IMG/VR virus record: IMGVR_UViG_3300042301_004349
Coordinates: 32,001-96,000 of that record
Source of the DNA: a virus
Strand: one strand, 5' to 3'
Length of the DNA stretch: 64,000 nt
Shown: positions 46,284-55,676 of the stretch, piece by piece
How positions within the stretch are numbered: position 1 is the first letter of the stretch
Layout of the letters: the number at the start of each line of letters is the position of its first letter
Program-made: the position numbers and the translations under genes
The notes under the pieces: model-generated
The model's database searches: none
What the model was told of the DNA's origin: nothing
The model's input: the letters and a program-made list of their open reading frames with translations, nothing else

Positions 46284-46754
46284 TTAGTCTTCAACTTTAA
46301 TCAATTGGAAGAAGGTACTATAATTACCATCTGTTTCAACATGCTTAAAATCATCTATGTTGAATGGTTTGTACTCTAATTCTCTTTCTTGGTTCAACAA
46401 ATCGTTGTATTCTTTTTGGAATTCAAAGAATTGTGGGTTTGGTTCGTTAATGAACTTTGGATTTCCATCTCCATCAACACCATCCTCTTTTCTGAAAGAT
46501 GGGATTAATTGCCATCCACCTTGCTCATCTTGAGTTCCGAACTTCATAATTAGCTCATCACGAAGTTTGTTAATTGATTCTTTTTCAGAAGTCAATCTTT
46601 TGTTTAGATCAGTAATCCAATACTTAGTAACCATATTAAGTTTTTCACCTAATAGTCCTTTAGAAATTGTTTCACCTGTTTGTTGGTTGATCAAACCATT
46701 AATTTCAGCCTCGAGATTTAGAAACTCGAATAATTTTAGACTAATTTTTTCCAT
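46284..46754 (-). CDS. hypothetical protein (DUF1617-like)
   Basis: helical; ...RDELIMKFG...FQKEYNDLLNQE pattern. Confidence 0.5.
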   Translation of the reverse strand: MEKISLKLFEFLNLEAEINGLINQQTGETISKGLLGEKLNMVTKYWITDLNKRLTSEKESINKLRDELIMKFGTQDEQGGWQLIPSFRKEDGVDGDGNPKFINEPNPQFFEFQKEYNDLLNQERELEYKPFNIDDFKHVETDGNYSTFFQLIKVED

Positions 46755-46769
46755 AACTGCAGTTGTTTC

Positions 46770-47033
46770 TTATTTTGTTTTGTTTGTTACTTTTTTCTTA
46801 GGAGCCGTTGAAGGTTGAACTTTTGGAGCTTTAGGTGCTCTAGTTTTTTTAACTTCAGCAACTACTTCTTTTACTTCGGCAACAGCTTCTTTTACTTCTT
46901 CTGTTACTTTAGCAGCTACATTTTCAAGAGCATCAGGAATGTTGTTGTTGTTTGCATCGGCTATTTTACCCTTTCTCATTAGAACAAAGGTAACAGCAGC
47001 CACAAGTACTAATACGATAATAAGTGTTAACAT
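46770..47033 (-). CDS. membrane-anchored protein with basic tail
   Basis: N-terminal TM helix, DANNNNIPD, Lys/Pro/Ala-rich tail. Confidence 0.6.
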   Translation of the reverse strand: MLTLIIVLVLVAAVTFVLMRKGKIADANNNNIPDALENVAAKVTEEVKEAVAEVKEVVAEVKKTRAPKAPKVQPSTAPKKKVTNKTK

Positions 47034-47088
47034 GTTTTATATTTTTTTGTTCGTATATAAATATATAAGAAAATCCAAAAACGCAATC

Positions 47089-47319
47089 TTATAAAGAAAG
47101 AAGACGAGTTTCTAATTCTTGTCGAACAGCATTAAATACTTCCTCTGTTGATTCTTCAATAACACCACTAGCTACATCTTCAGATATTCTATTGAAGAAT
47201 AAAGCGGGTGCTGCTACCCTCATAAAACATTCATTTGGTTCATTAACCAATGAAATAATTTTTTGGGTTTCACTATCTACTGATAAGTAAATTTGTTTCC
47301 CTTTGTAATAATTTATCAT
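47089..47319 (-). CDS. hypothetical protein
   Basis: 76-aa ORF. Confidence 0.5.
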   Translation of the reverse strand: MINYYKGKQIYLSVDSETQKIISLVNEPNECFMRVAAPALFFNRISEDVASGVIEESTEEVFNAVRQELETRLLSL

Positions 47320-47336
47320 AATTTTATTTTATTAAT

Positions 47337-48749
47337 TTATATAAAGCATTCAGAACATCCATAATAATAACAAGGGTTTGGGTATTGTTCACAACCGAAC
47401 CCACAATCACAATAATAATTCTCTCCAGCATTATAACCACAAGTGAGTGAATTATATTCTTGTACTGTACCATAAATTCCACAGTTTCCATCAGTATATT
47501 GATTAATTAAATCAAAACCTGAACAGTATTGATCTACAAAAATATTAGCAGCAGGGCAACTTGGTCCAGTACCACCACCCAATGCTGTGGGGGCAATAAC
47601 CACTGATGTCCAGTTTTGAGAACCTGCCGAACTGAAGCCATCTACTCTTACATATGAGGCACCATAATTTCTTGATAGGTATAAATAATTATTAGAATAA
47701 CCATCAGCATCTGCTACTAGTACAGTTTTTCCACTAGATGATATTGATACCCCAATTCCCCAAAAATTACTATCTGGTGTTGTTATTCCAGTATTGCTCC
47801 AATATCCCGCTACTCCATAATTATTATTTTTTCTAACCCCAAAAGTAGTATTTGTTGTAGCAGCAACAACATATTGCCCAGTTCCTGATATGTCTACTGA
47901 TAGGTAGCGACCTGCATTTCCTGCTGTTGTGTTCTGCCATGATATTCCATAATTATTAGATACTGCAATCCAAGATTGCCAACCACCACCAATCCATCCA
48001 TCATTTCTAATAACTACTTGATATTGACCTGTATCAGATATTGCGCTTCCTTGATAATAATAAACATCAGTTGCAGCAGACCCAGCAACAGACCAACTAA
48101 CTCCATAATTTGTTGATCTATATAATCTATCATGATTATTACCTGCAGAAGCAAGCATATATTGCCCATTTCCTGATATTGATACATTTTTCCATTCCCT
48201 ACTTCCTATTGATGCTTTAGCAGTCCAATTTACTCCATAATCGTTGGAAACCCAAATATATCCTGGTGAAGAACTATTAGAAGGTTTACTTTCTGCCAGA
48301 ACAACATATTGGCCACTTCTAGAAACAGCTATATCTGTAAAATAGGAGGAAGATGCAGCTTTTACACTATTAAAAGAAAATTCACTCCCATAACCTGATG
48401 ATTTTAAAACATAAGAACCATCAGTAACGAAAACATATTGCCCGTTTTCAGATACATCTACTTTTACCCAATTAGCAGGTCCAGCACTTACAAACGAGTT
48501 ATACCAAGATAGACCACTATCATTTGATTTTTTCAAATAACTTCCACCTACCGTAGCATATTGTGTAAAATCTTCTGTTGGACAAACACCCACTTCATTT
48601 ATAATTCCTGTAGAGTTTGTTCTATAGTAATAATTTACCCCAGATACGACAGCAGATAAATACCCATCTGCATATATTGATGTTCTTTTAATGTCATTGT
48701 ATACAGGGCAGCTTAGAGCAAGTGTAGAACAATATGAATATTTACTCAT
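47337..48749 (-). CDS. beta-propeller (BNR/Asp-box repeat) virion protein with Cys-rich tail
   Basis: about seven repeats of S..GQY...S.(D/N)YG..W. Confidence 0.75.
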   Translation of the reverse strand: MSKYSYCSTLALSCPVYNDIKRTSIYADGYLSAVVSGVNYYYRTNSTGIINEVGVCPTEDFTQYATVGGSYLKKSNDSGLSWYNSFVSAGPANWVKVDVSENGQYVFVTDGSYVLKSSGYGSEFSFNSVKAASSSYFTDIAVSRSGQYVVLAESKPSNSSSPGYIWVSNDYGVNWTAKASIGSREWKNVSISGNGQYMLASAGNNHDRLYRSTNYGVSWSVAGSAATDVYYYQGSAISDTGQYQVVIRNDGWIGGGWQSWIAVSNNYGISWQNTTAGNAGRYLSVDISGTGQYVVAATTNTTFGVRKNNNYGVAGYWSNTGITTPDSNFWGIGVSISSSGKTVLVADADGYSNNYLYLSRNYGASYVRVDGFSSAGSQNWTSVVIAPTALGGGTGPSCPAANIFVDQYCSGFDLINQYTDGNCGIYGTVQEYNSLTCGYNAGENYYCDCGFGCEQYPNPCYYYGCSECFI

Positions 48750-48769
48750 AGATTTAAATTATTTAACAA

Positions 48770-49516
48770 TTATGATATTATTCCATACCCACAATTACAA
48801 GAACTTAAGATATTACTATCTTCACAACCATATGTGTAGGTTACTAAGGAATATGCTTTAATATAATAGTTTGTATTTGCTTGGACTGTGAAAGTATAAC
48901 TTAATGATTGAAGTGTTGAAGATGAATTATTAGCTGGTTTAAATATGTTTTGATCACTTATTAAAGTTCCATTAGCAGATACTTCTAAAAATCCGTATCC
49001 TGGAGCTTCCCAACCATAACTCCCTGCATCGGGAGTAGGTAAGCCAAAATTTGCTTGAACATAAACACTATTTCCTACCCTCACCGCAGCATTCATTTGA
49101 GGAGAATATTGTGGTCCTCCAAAGAACATTCCACTTAAACCATTAGAAGGATCTAATAGAAGAGAATTTCCATTTACATACCCAAATAAATCTGTATTTA
49201 GATAAGGATTACCTTCTTGTCTCATCTCAAATAATACTGAAGATGATCTTAATGAGTTTATGTAGTTATAATTGCAAGTTAAGTTTGGAGAAGGTCCTGT
49301 AAAGAAAGTACTACCAATAGTCCAACTACTATTAGGAATAAAACCACCATCAGGTGAATCCCCAGTATAGACATGAACTGAGTTTGCTACTTCCTGACGA
49401 GTTAAACAACGGTTTGTAGCAGGTATTGATTGGCCTGCCTTCAAGCCAAGTAAATTTTCATTTACCATAGCTTGCAATTCATTTCCTGTTATCTGAAAAT
49501 TACTACTTCTAGCCAT
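48770..49516 (-). CDS. hypothetical virion/fibre-associated protein
   Basis: coupled (TAATG) to the collagen fibre gene; Ser/Asn/Gly-rich. Confidence 0.55.
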   Translation of the reverse strand: MARSSNFQITGNELQAMVNENLLGLKAGQSIPATNRCLTRQEVANSVHVYTGDSPDGGFIPNSSWTIGSTFFTGPSPNLTCNYNYINSLRSSSVLFEMRQEGNPYLNTDLFGYVNGNSLLLDPSNGLSGMFFGGPQYSPQMNAAVRVGNSVYVQANFGLPTPDAGSYGWEAPGYGFLEVSANGTLISDQNIFKPANNSSSTLQSLSYTFTVQANTNYYIKAYSLVTYTYGCEDSNILSSCNCGYGIIS

Positions 49517-52095
49517 TATTTAGATTCTAATTCTTTTATTCTAGCTTCTAATTGTTGAATTGCTTTTATCAACACACCTACTGTTGATGCAACATCCATT
49601 GTATTTTTATTGATTGTTGATAGGTCTGATGGAGTATCTTCAGCAATGAAACCAATATGGGGTGTTTGTAATTCATCGTTTTTATAGCTAAATCTAACTA
49701 CATTAACTTGATTTAATAAAATTAAAGCATCATTAGTATAAGGAATGACATTATGTTTTAAGTAACGAGATGAATTTTGGAAGAAACCATCAGCATAAAT
49801 TGTATTTCCACTTACATATACACTTGCATTTGTATAGGCACCTGTTGAGGTACCGTTTGAAATTACAATTGCTGTATTTGTTGCAGGTGAAATTGCATTA
49901 AATCCAGGACCTGGTGTTCCGGGGTCGCCTTTATCGCCTTTAAAACCTTGGAATCCTCTATCGCCTGGGTCGCCTTTATCGCCTGGGTCGCCTTTATCGC
50001 CTTTAAAACCTTGGAATCCTCTTTCTCCTGGGTCGCCTTTATCGCCTTTAAAACCTTGGAATCCTCTATCGCCTTGATCTCCTTTGTCTCCTTTTTCTCC
50101 TTTGTCGCCTTTAAATCCTTGGTCGCCTTTGTCTCCTTTTTCTCCTTTATCGCCTTTAAAGCCTTGATCACCTTTGTCGCCTTTGTCTCCTTTAAAACCT
50201 TGGAAGCCTCTATCACCTTGATCACCTTTGTCGCCTTTAAAGCCTTGGAAACCTCTGTCGCCTTGGTCTCCTTTATCGCCTTTGTCGCCTTTAAAGCCTT
50301 GGAAACCTCTGTCGCCTTGGTCGCCTTTATCGCCTTTGAAGCCTTGGAAACCTCTGTCGCCTTGGAATCCTCTGTCGCCCTGGTCGCCTTTGTCGCCTTT
50401 ATCACCTTTTAATCCTATGTCACCTTGGAAGCCTCTGTCTCCTTGAAAACCTCTGTCGCCTTGGTCGCCTTTGTCACCTTTATCGCCTTTGAAACCTTGA
50501 AAGCCTCTGTCGCCTTGGTCGCCTTTGTCTCCTTTGAAGCCTTGAGTTCCAATATCGCCTTTATCGCCTTTTAATCCTGTAAAACCTTGGAAGCCTCTGT
50601 CGCCTTGGTCACCTTTGTCGCCTTTAAAGCCTTGAGTTCCTGTACTACCTTGATCACCTTTATCGCCTTTTAATCCTTGAACTCCTATACTACCTTGATC
50701 ACCTGTTGCTCCTACAGTCCCCTGAGGGCCTTGAGCTCCATTTGTACCTGCTATACCTTGAGCACCCTGTATACCAGTATCTCCCCTATCACCTGTTCTT
50801 GCAAATGTAATAATAATGTCTAAATCATTTGTAAATGAACTTACACCTGATAGCCAGGTAACAGGAACTTCAAAATAATTTGTGTTGTGAGTATGAGCTC
50901 CAGTTATTGAAAATAAAGCAAAATTTGTTGTTGATCCTTTTTCAGAAACGGTAAAATGTCCTTTAATTGCTGAAGTTGAATCATCAATTGTTTGTAAATA
51001 GTTGTATACAGAAACACTAGCATCATCTACCTCGCTTATATATAATACTGAGGCTGATGGTAGTGATAAGTTGTTTAATTTTAATTTTCCATTTCCAGGA
51101 ATTGTATTTGATGTATTTGTACTAAATGTATAATCAAAAGCAGCACCACCAAAATTACCTGTTAGACCTTGGTGACCTTGTGGTCCTTGAATCCCCTGAG
51201 CTCCAAATCCCGTTTGGCCTTGAATACCTTGAGGACCTATTGGTCCTTGAGGACCAGGAACTGTAGAATCATTTCCTGTTATACCTTGAAAACCTATATC
51301 ACCTTTAGCTCCTTGGATACCTTGGTTACCTGAGGGGCCTTGTATGCCTTGATCACCTTTTTCTCCTTGGTCACCTTTTATTCCTTGTATACCTTGATTA
51401 CCTGCTGAACCTTGAATACCCTGAATGCCAATAGGGCCTTGTATACCTTGATCACCAGTTGATCCTTGGTCACCTTTAATACCTACAGCTCCTTGAATGC
51501 CTTGAATACCTATAGGACCCTGGATGCCTTGATTGCCTATAGGGCCTGTAGTGCCTTGAATACCAACAGGACCTTGTATACCTTGGTCGCCAGTATCGCC
51601 TTTATCTCCTTGATCACCTTTCACACCTATACTACCTTGTACACCGATAGGGCCTTGTATACCTTGAAAACCTATACTACCTTGATCACCTTTTGCTCCT
51701 GTACTTCCTTGTACACCTATACCACCTTGAGCTCCTGTAGCACCTTGATCGCCTGATGGGCCTTGTATACCTTGGTCTCCTGTGTCACCTTTATTGCCTT
51801 TTGATCCTTGAGCACCTGTTGATCCTTGGACACCTTGAGCTCCATGATCACCTTGACTGCCTGTATCACCTTTAATACCTTGAATGCCTTGAGCACCAAC
51901 GGGACCTACAATACCTTGAGGTCCTATTATTCCTTGGGGGCCAGTTGCTCCTGTTAATCCAGTAGCTCCTTGAGCTCCTTGGGCACCATTTGATACAGTA
52001 ATTTGATCTATACTACCACTCAATTCGACCCAGTTTGTATCCATCTCTTCCCATGTGAGTGGACGACCTAGATCTGATCTTAAAGATAAAGCCAT
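49516..52095 (-). CDS. collagen-like tail fibre with C-terminal peptidase S74 intramolecular chaperone
   Basis: two long (Gly-X-Y)n tracts; SSRYLKHN...HIGFIAED...LIKAIQQL. Confidence 0.9.
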   Translation of the reverse strand: MALSLRSDLGRPLTWEEMDTNWVELSGSIDQITVSNGAQGAQGATGLTGATGPQGIIGPQGIVGPVGAQGIQGIKGDTGSQGDHGAQGVQGSTGAQGSKGNKGDTGDQGIQGPSGDQGATGAQGGIGVQGSTGAKGDQGSIGFQGIQGPIGVQGSIGVKGDQGDKGDTGDQGIQGPVGIQGTTGPIGNQGIQGPIGIQGIQGAVGIKGDQGSTGDQGIQGPIGIQGIQGSAGNQGIQGIKGDQGEKGDQGIQGPSGNQGIQGAKGDIGFQGITGNDSTVPGPQGPIGPQGIQGQTGFGAQGIQGPQGHQGLTGNFGGAAFDYTFSTNTSNTIPGNGKLKLNNLSLPSASVLYISEVDDASVSVYNYLQTIDDSTSAIKGHFTVSEKGSTTNFALFSITGAHTHNTNYFEVPVTWLSGVSSFTNDLDIIITFARTGDRGDTGIQGAQGIAGTNGAQGPQGTVGATGDQGSIGVQGLKGDKGDQGSTGTQGFKGDKGDQGDRGFQGFTGLKGDKGDIGTQGFKGDKGDQGDRGFQGFKGDKGDKGDQGDRGFQGDRGFQGDIGLKGDKGDKGDQGDRGFQGDRGFQGFKGDKGDQGDRGFQGFKGDKGDKGDQGDRGFQGFKGDKGDQGDRGFQGFKGDKGDKGDQGFKGDKGEKGDKGDQGFKGDKGEKGDKGDQGDRGFQGFKGDKGDPGERGFQGFKGDKGDPGDKGDPGDRGFQGFKGDKGDPGTPGPGFNAISPATNTAIVISNGTSTGAYTNASVYVSGNTIYADGFFQNSSRYLKHNVIPYTNDALILLNQVNVVRFSYKNDELQTPHIGFIAEDTPSDLSTINKNTMDVASTVGVLIKAIQQLEARIKELESK
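49905..50794 (-). repeat. collagen triple-helix repeat, charged (GDK/GDQ/GDR/GFQ/GFK)
   Basis: uninterrupted Gly-X-Y; 9-nt periodic DNA. Confidence 0.95.
51155..51987 (-). repeat. collagen triple-helix repeat (GIQ/GAQ/GPI/GDQ)
   Basis: Gly-X-Y tract with one short interruption. Confidence 0.95.
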
Positions 52096-52127
52096 AATTA
52101 TTTTTTAATTTGTCACGTATAAATATG

Positions 52128-52152
52128 AAAGGGGATGATTGCTCATCCCCTT
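52128..52152 (-). terminator. probable intrinsic terminator
   Basis: AAGGGGATGA-GCAA-TCATCCCCTT followed by T. Confidence 0.65.
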
Positions 52153-52177
52153 CTAAAAACATATATTAAATATTTAA

Positions 52178-52636
52178 TTAACAGTCTTCGTAGCTTCCTG
52201 TTCCAAATACTTCAATAACTTTTTCTTTTAATTTAGCATATCCAAATTCGAAAATGTTTGCTTCTTCTACTGCAGTAAAATCAGGAACCATTACTGTTAC
52301 ACTTTCAGAAACTGTTGTTTCTACTGTTGTATAAGTGATGCTACCAGATTCACCAACACTTTGAGAAGGCATGTTTACTGTTCTAAAAACAACACTTTCA
52401 GATGGAACTCTTAAATCAACATATAAGCTTTCACCAATTTGTTGGTTACGAGCAGTCATACCACCCATACCTGGGTAAAGGTTTGATCCTGAAGTTGCTG
52501 CTTCTTCGTCTAAAAATAGTTGAGTTTGAAAATTAGCATATCCGCCTTTTTGAATATTGTAATTAACAATACGTAAATATGCTTCGCTTGTAATACCTAA
52601 ATCAGTACCAATTTGAGTTGTGATTTTAATTGCCAT
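52178..52636 (-). CDS. hypothetical fibre-associated protein
   Basis: 152-aa ORF with upstream ATATTTAT motif. Confidence 0.6.
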   Translation of the reverse strand: MAIKITTQIGTDLGITSEAYLRIVNYNIQKGGYANFQTQLFLDEEAATSGSNLYPGMGGMTARNQQIGESLYVDLRVPSESVVFRTVNMPSQSVGESGSITYTTVETTVSESVTVMVPDFTAVEEANIFEFGYAKLKEKVIEVFGTGSYEDC

Positions 52637-52677
52637 GTTTAATTTGCTTTATGTTTTATAATTTGCGTGTATAAATA

Positions 52678-53268
52678 TTAACGATAGTGTTCTCCCCCAA
52701 GCCACAACACAAAAGATCTACGAGTTCCAACAGTAACTGGTGAAACACGGTGCATCATATATGAAGGAAATATAACTACTGTGCCTTTACCGCGAGGTGC
52801 GGTGATATGATCTTTACCCCCTTGCCAAATATCTAAATCTCCACCTTCATATTCGCTAGGATCGGATAATTGGACCGTAATAGACACTTTACGGAGCGAT
52901 AACATCCCAGGCCCAATGTCTTGATGCCAAATATAATGTCCACCTTCACTAGCATAGTATTCAGTGTATTGTATTTGTTCTGGGGCCGAATGTAAGTCAA
53001 AATCCCATAAATTTTTATTAGCTTCAGCAGCCATATCCATTAGTTTGTTATATAGCCAATTCCATTTGAAATTTTGTGGAACCCATTTAACAGAAGATGA
53101 ACGTGATTCTTTATCATCACCACCAACTGTAGTAGCTTTAATAAAATCAATATCAGCAACATCTTTGTATATTCTATCTAATTCTTCACTATCAAAACCA
53201 TTATTAAAATAGTAATAATTTTGTAGATCAGCGTGTTTCTTAGGAAATAAATAACCAGTTTGTACCAT
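52678..53268 (-). CDS. 2OG-Fe(II) oxygenase (PKHD / prolyl-4-hydroxylase-like)
   Basis: WHQD (HxD), RKVSITVQLS..YEGGDL, FPS..MHRV.PV..G.R. Confidence 0.92.
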   Translation of the reverse strand: MVQTGYLFPKKHADLQNYYYFNNGFDSEELDRIYKDVADIDFIKATTVGGDDKESRSSSVKWVPQNFKWNWLYNKLMDMAAEANKNLWDFDLHSAPEQIQYTEYYASEGGHYIWHQDIGPGMLSLRKVSITVQLSDPSEYEGGDLDIWQGGKDHITAPRGKGTVVIFPSYMMHRVSPVTVGTRRSFVLWLGGEHYR

Positions 53269-53277
53269 TTTTATAGT

Positions 53278-53850
53278 TTATTCAGTTTCAAAAATATTCA
53301 TTTTACTTGAGTATGGCTCTTCAGCCCATAAATTTATAGCAATCGCTCTTCTAGTTCCTGTTAAAACAGTATCTACTCTATGAGGTACCTTCCCAGCATC
53401 AAATATAATTAGACGATTTGGTCTACATAACACAATATCAGGAGGGTTAGATTCACCATCTGTATACACATTTAAGGCACCACCTGTGAATTCTGATCCT
53501 ATTGGGTAATAAACACATCCAACTGTTGGTGACATTCTATCTCCTGTTGCTTTTCTATAAGCAACATCATCATCGTAATGCATTTCTAAATAGTTTCTAA
53601 ATCTTCCATTTGGGTCTGCTTCTTGTACGCCTGTCCAATATTCAAATCCATCTATTGTATATAGTTTATTAATTGGACAATTATTTTTCCAAATATATTC
53701 TATTAGTTTCTTTTTAGTAGTATTAACTTCACTATTCCACCAACCATTCCAATAGTAATAAACACCAGGATCCTTAAAAAAGGTAGTGTCATTAGCTATT
53801 TCATCTAGTAAGGTTTGATCTGTTATAAAATCATCAAATACTGTTATCAT
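53278..53850 (-). CDS. 2OG-Fe(II) oxygenase
   Basis: MHYD (HxD), GGAL, NRLIIFD...PHRV......R. Confidence 0.85.
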   Translation of the reverse strand: MITVFDDFITDQTLLDEIANDTTFFKDPGVYYYWNGWWNSEVNTTKKKLIEYIWKNNCPINKLYTIDGFEYWTGVQEADPNGRFRNYLEMHYDDDVAYRKATGDRMSPTVGCVYYPIGSEFTGGALNVYTDGESNPPDIVLCRPNRLIIFDAGKVPHRVDTVLTGTRRAIAINLWAEEPYSSKMNIFETE

Positions 53851-53861
53851 TTTATTTTATT

Positions 53862-55676
53862 TTAGGGATTATAAATATAGTTTACATATCCTTCATCATC
53901 ACCAAATCTACTTTCAACCCATAAAGGATGTTGTGGGTTTTCTTTATAAGCCCAATCTTCCATTCCTAATTCTTCAAATCGTTTTGCAATTCTCTCATTA
54001 TAATGATACATAATTGTTCTTACTCTACGTTGAATATCAGCACGAGATAAATCGTGTGTATTTTGTCCTGAGTGGTTGTTATAGATGAATTGAATATAGC
54101 CAAGTTTAGGTATTTTACAAATTTTAGTATGTAAAAATGTTCTAACTATTAATTCATAATCATCAGCTATAGCTAAATCTCTATTATGTCCACCAACAGC
54201 AAAATAAGTATCTCTTCTCCAAGCACGAACGTGATTTGGAACACCAACAATATGTCTTATTGTTTTTGGATTAATATTTTGTGTAATTACAACATCCCAA
54301 TTATAACCTCTATATTGTTCTTTTCTATATTTACCATATCCAAAAGCAAAACCATCATCATATGTTAATGATTCCCATTTTTCATTTATTTCAACACTAT
54401 CATTGAAAAAGAAACCAGCATCTGGGTATGCTTTTGTAGCATTAACTAGATCCATTGTACAGTTGTCTGTTAATAAATCATCATGGTCTAATTCTGCTAG
54501 TAAGAATCCTCTTGTTAAGCAAGCTGCTCTATATTTTGATTCCCCAATAATACCACCTGTTTTTTCTCTAAAATCATATACTCTTACTCTCGGATCTCGT
54601 CTAGCTATTTCTTCAGCTATCTTAAGTGTTTTACCACCATCAGATGAATCATTAACCAACACCCATTCCCAATCTTCGTACGTTTGTTCAAGCAATGAAC
54701 GAAAAGTATTCCATAATTTATTTCCAGTATTATATATTGGGGTAAAATATGATACTAAATGATTATTTGACGCTGATAGCATTTGGTTCATAGCTACATT
54801 ATAAGCTATATCTCCATTTTCAGCATCATCTTTTTCAACATTTAACCATTTTTTTCTTACTTCAAGAGGTTGAGTAGCTAAATTAGGAAATTCTGAAAAG
54901 TGTTTTCCAATAGTAATAATTGAATCTGGTTTGAATGTTGTTAGCAATTCTTCAATTTTAGTATCATTTGGTACATTTAATACATTTAAACTTGTATCTT
55001 CATATCCTAAATGTTTAGTACTTTTCAATTCTGTTGTACCACCTATATAAAGTACTTTTGGTACTCTAGCTTTTTTAGGTTGGGTTAAACGATTATAGTA
55101 GCAAAGTTCTGAATGGATGAAATGGAATTTATCAGAGAATTGTTTGTATAAATTTTCAATAAATACTCCATCACCGCAATATCCACCTTCATATCTACCT
55201 TGTTTATATAGACTTTGTTTAATAACATATTGAGCTGAGTCTATATGTTTTAATTTCATATGTTCAGGACCTACATTTCTAACTTCTAAGCCAGTAAAGT
55301 CCTTTTTATCAACAAATTGTTCAAACACAAATGCTTCTTTATCAGGATTTGCCTCTATTTCTGATTTAATTGTATTATAGAAATCAGGATGAATAATATT
55401 ATCATCATCTAATATTACAATATAATTTTCAGGGTATAATTTTTCAATTATATCGCTTAATTGAGGGTATAAATAATCACTACCATCTCCTTTTATAAAA
55501 TGGAATCTAGTACTTGGAGATTGCAATTCACTTAATAATTCAGCATCAATGTCTTTTAATGTTGTTGTATCAAAAATGATATGCCAAACAACAGTTATAG
55601 GACTAGGGAATACTGTATTCTTAATTGTTAATAAATTCTGCTGTCGCGTACAACGCGTTAATATATGCATTACCAT
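53862..55676 (-). CDS. two-domain GT-A glycosyltransferase (GT2-like)
   Basis: N-domain ILDDDN...IDSAQY...DG.FI; C-domain FTPIYN, WEWVLVND.S, ELDHDD, DDYEL..R. Confidence 0.88.
   Translation of the reverse strand: MVMHILTRCTRQQNLLTIKNTVFPSPITVVWHIIFDTTTLKDIDAELLSELQSPSTRFHFIKGDGSDYLYPQLSDIIEKLYPENYIVILDDDNIIHPDFYNTIKSEIEANPDKEAFVFEQFVDKKDFTGLEVRNVGPEHMKLKHIDSAQYVIKQSLYKQGRYEGGYCGDGVFIENLYKQFSDKFHFIHSELCYYNRLTQPKKARVPKVLYIGGTTELKSTKHLGYEDTSLNVLNVPNDTKIEELLTTFKPDSIITIGKHFSEFPNLATQPLEVRKKWLNVEKDDAENGDIAYNVAMNQMLSASNNHLVSYFTPIYNTGNKLWNTFRSLLEQTYEDWEWVLVNDSSDGGKTLKIAEEIARRDPRVRVYDFREKTGGIIGESKYRAACLTRGFLLAELDHDDLLTDNCTMDLVNATKAYPDAGFFFNDSVEINEKWESLTYDDGFAFGYGKYRKEQYRGYNWDVVITQNINPKTIRHIVGVPNHVRAWRRDTYFAVGGHNRDLAIADDYELIVRTFLHTKICKIPKLGYIQFIYNNHSGQNTHDLSRADIQRRVRTIMYHYNERIAKRFEELGMEDWAYKENPQHPLWVESRFGDDEGYVNYIYNP

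Noticed and set aside
47337-49516. Diversity-generating retroelement target in Tyr/Asn-rich fibre tips
   Set aside because: No reverse transcriptase and no template/variable repeat pair seen in the window
49905-50700. Regular DNA repeats resembling a CRISPR array
   Set aside because: No unique spacers; the repeats are in-frame collagen codons. The Cas4-like nuclease at 5749 is a common stand-alone phage enzyme
49863-51899. Alternative-frame and antisense ORFs over the collagen tracts (KATKAIK, VAFIAF, SPLSPW repeats); likewise 59751-60645
   Set aside because: Shadows of the 9-nt periodic Gly-X-Y repeat, which lacks stops in other frames
1562-54762. The many short plus-strand ORFs in the track
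   Set aside because: All are antisense to well-supported minus-strand genes and have no recognisable motifs
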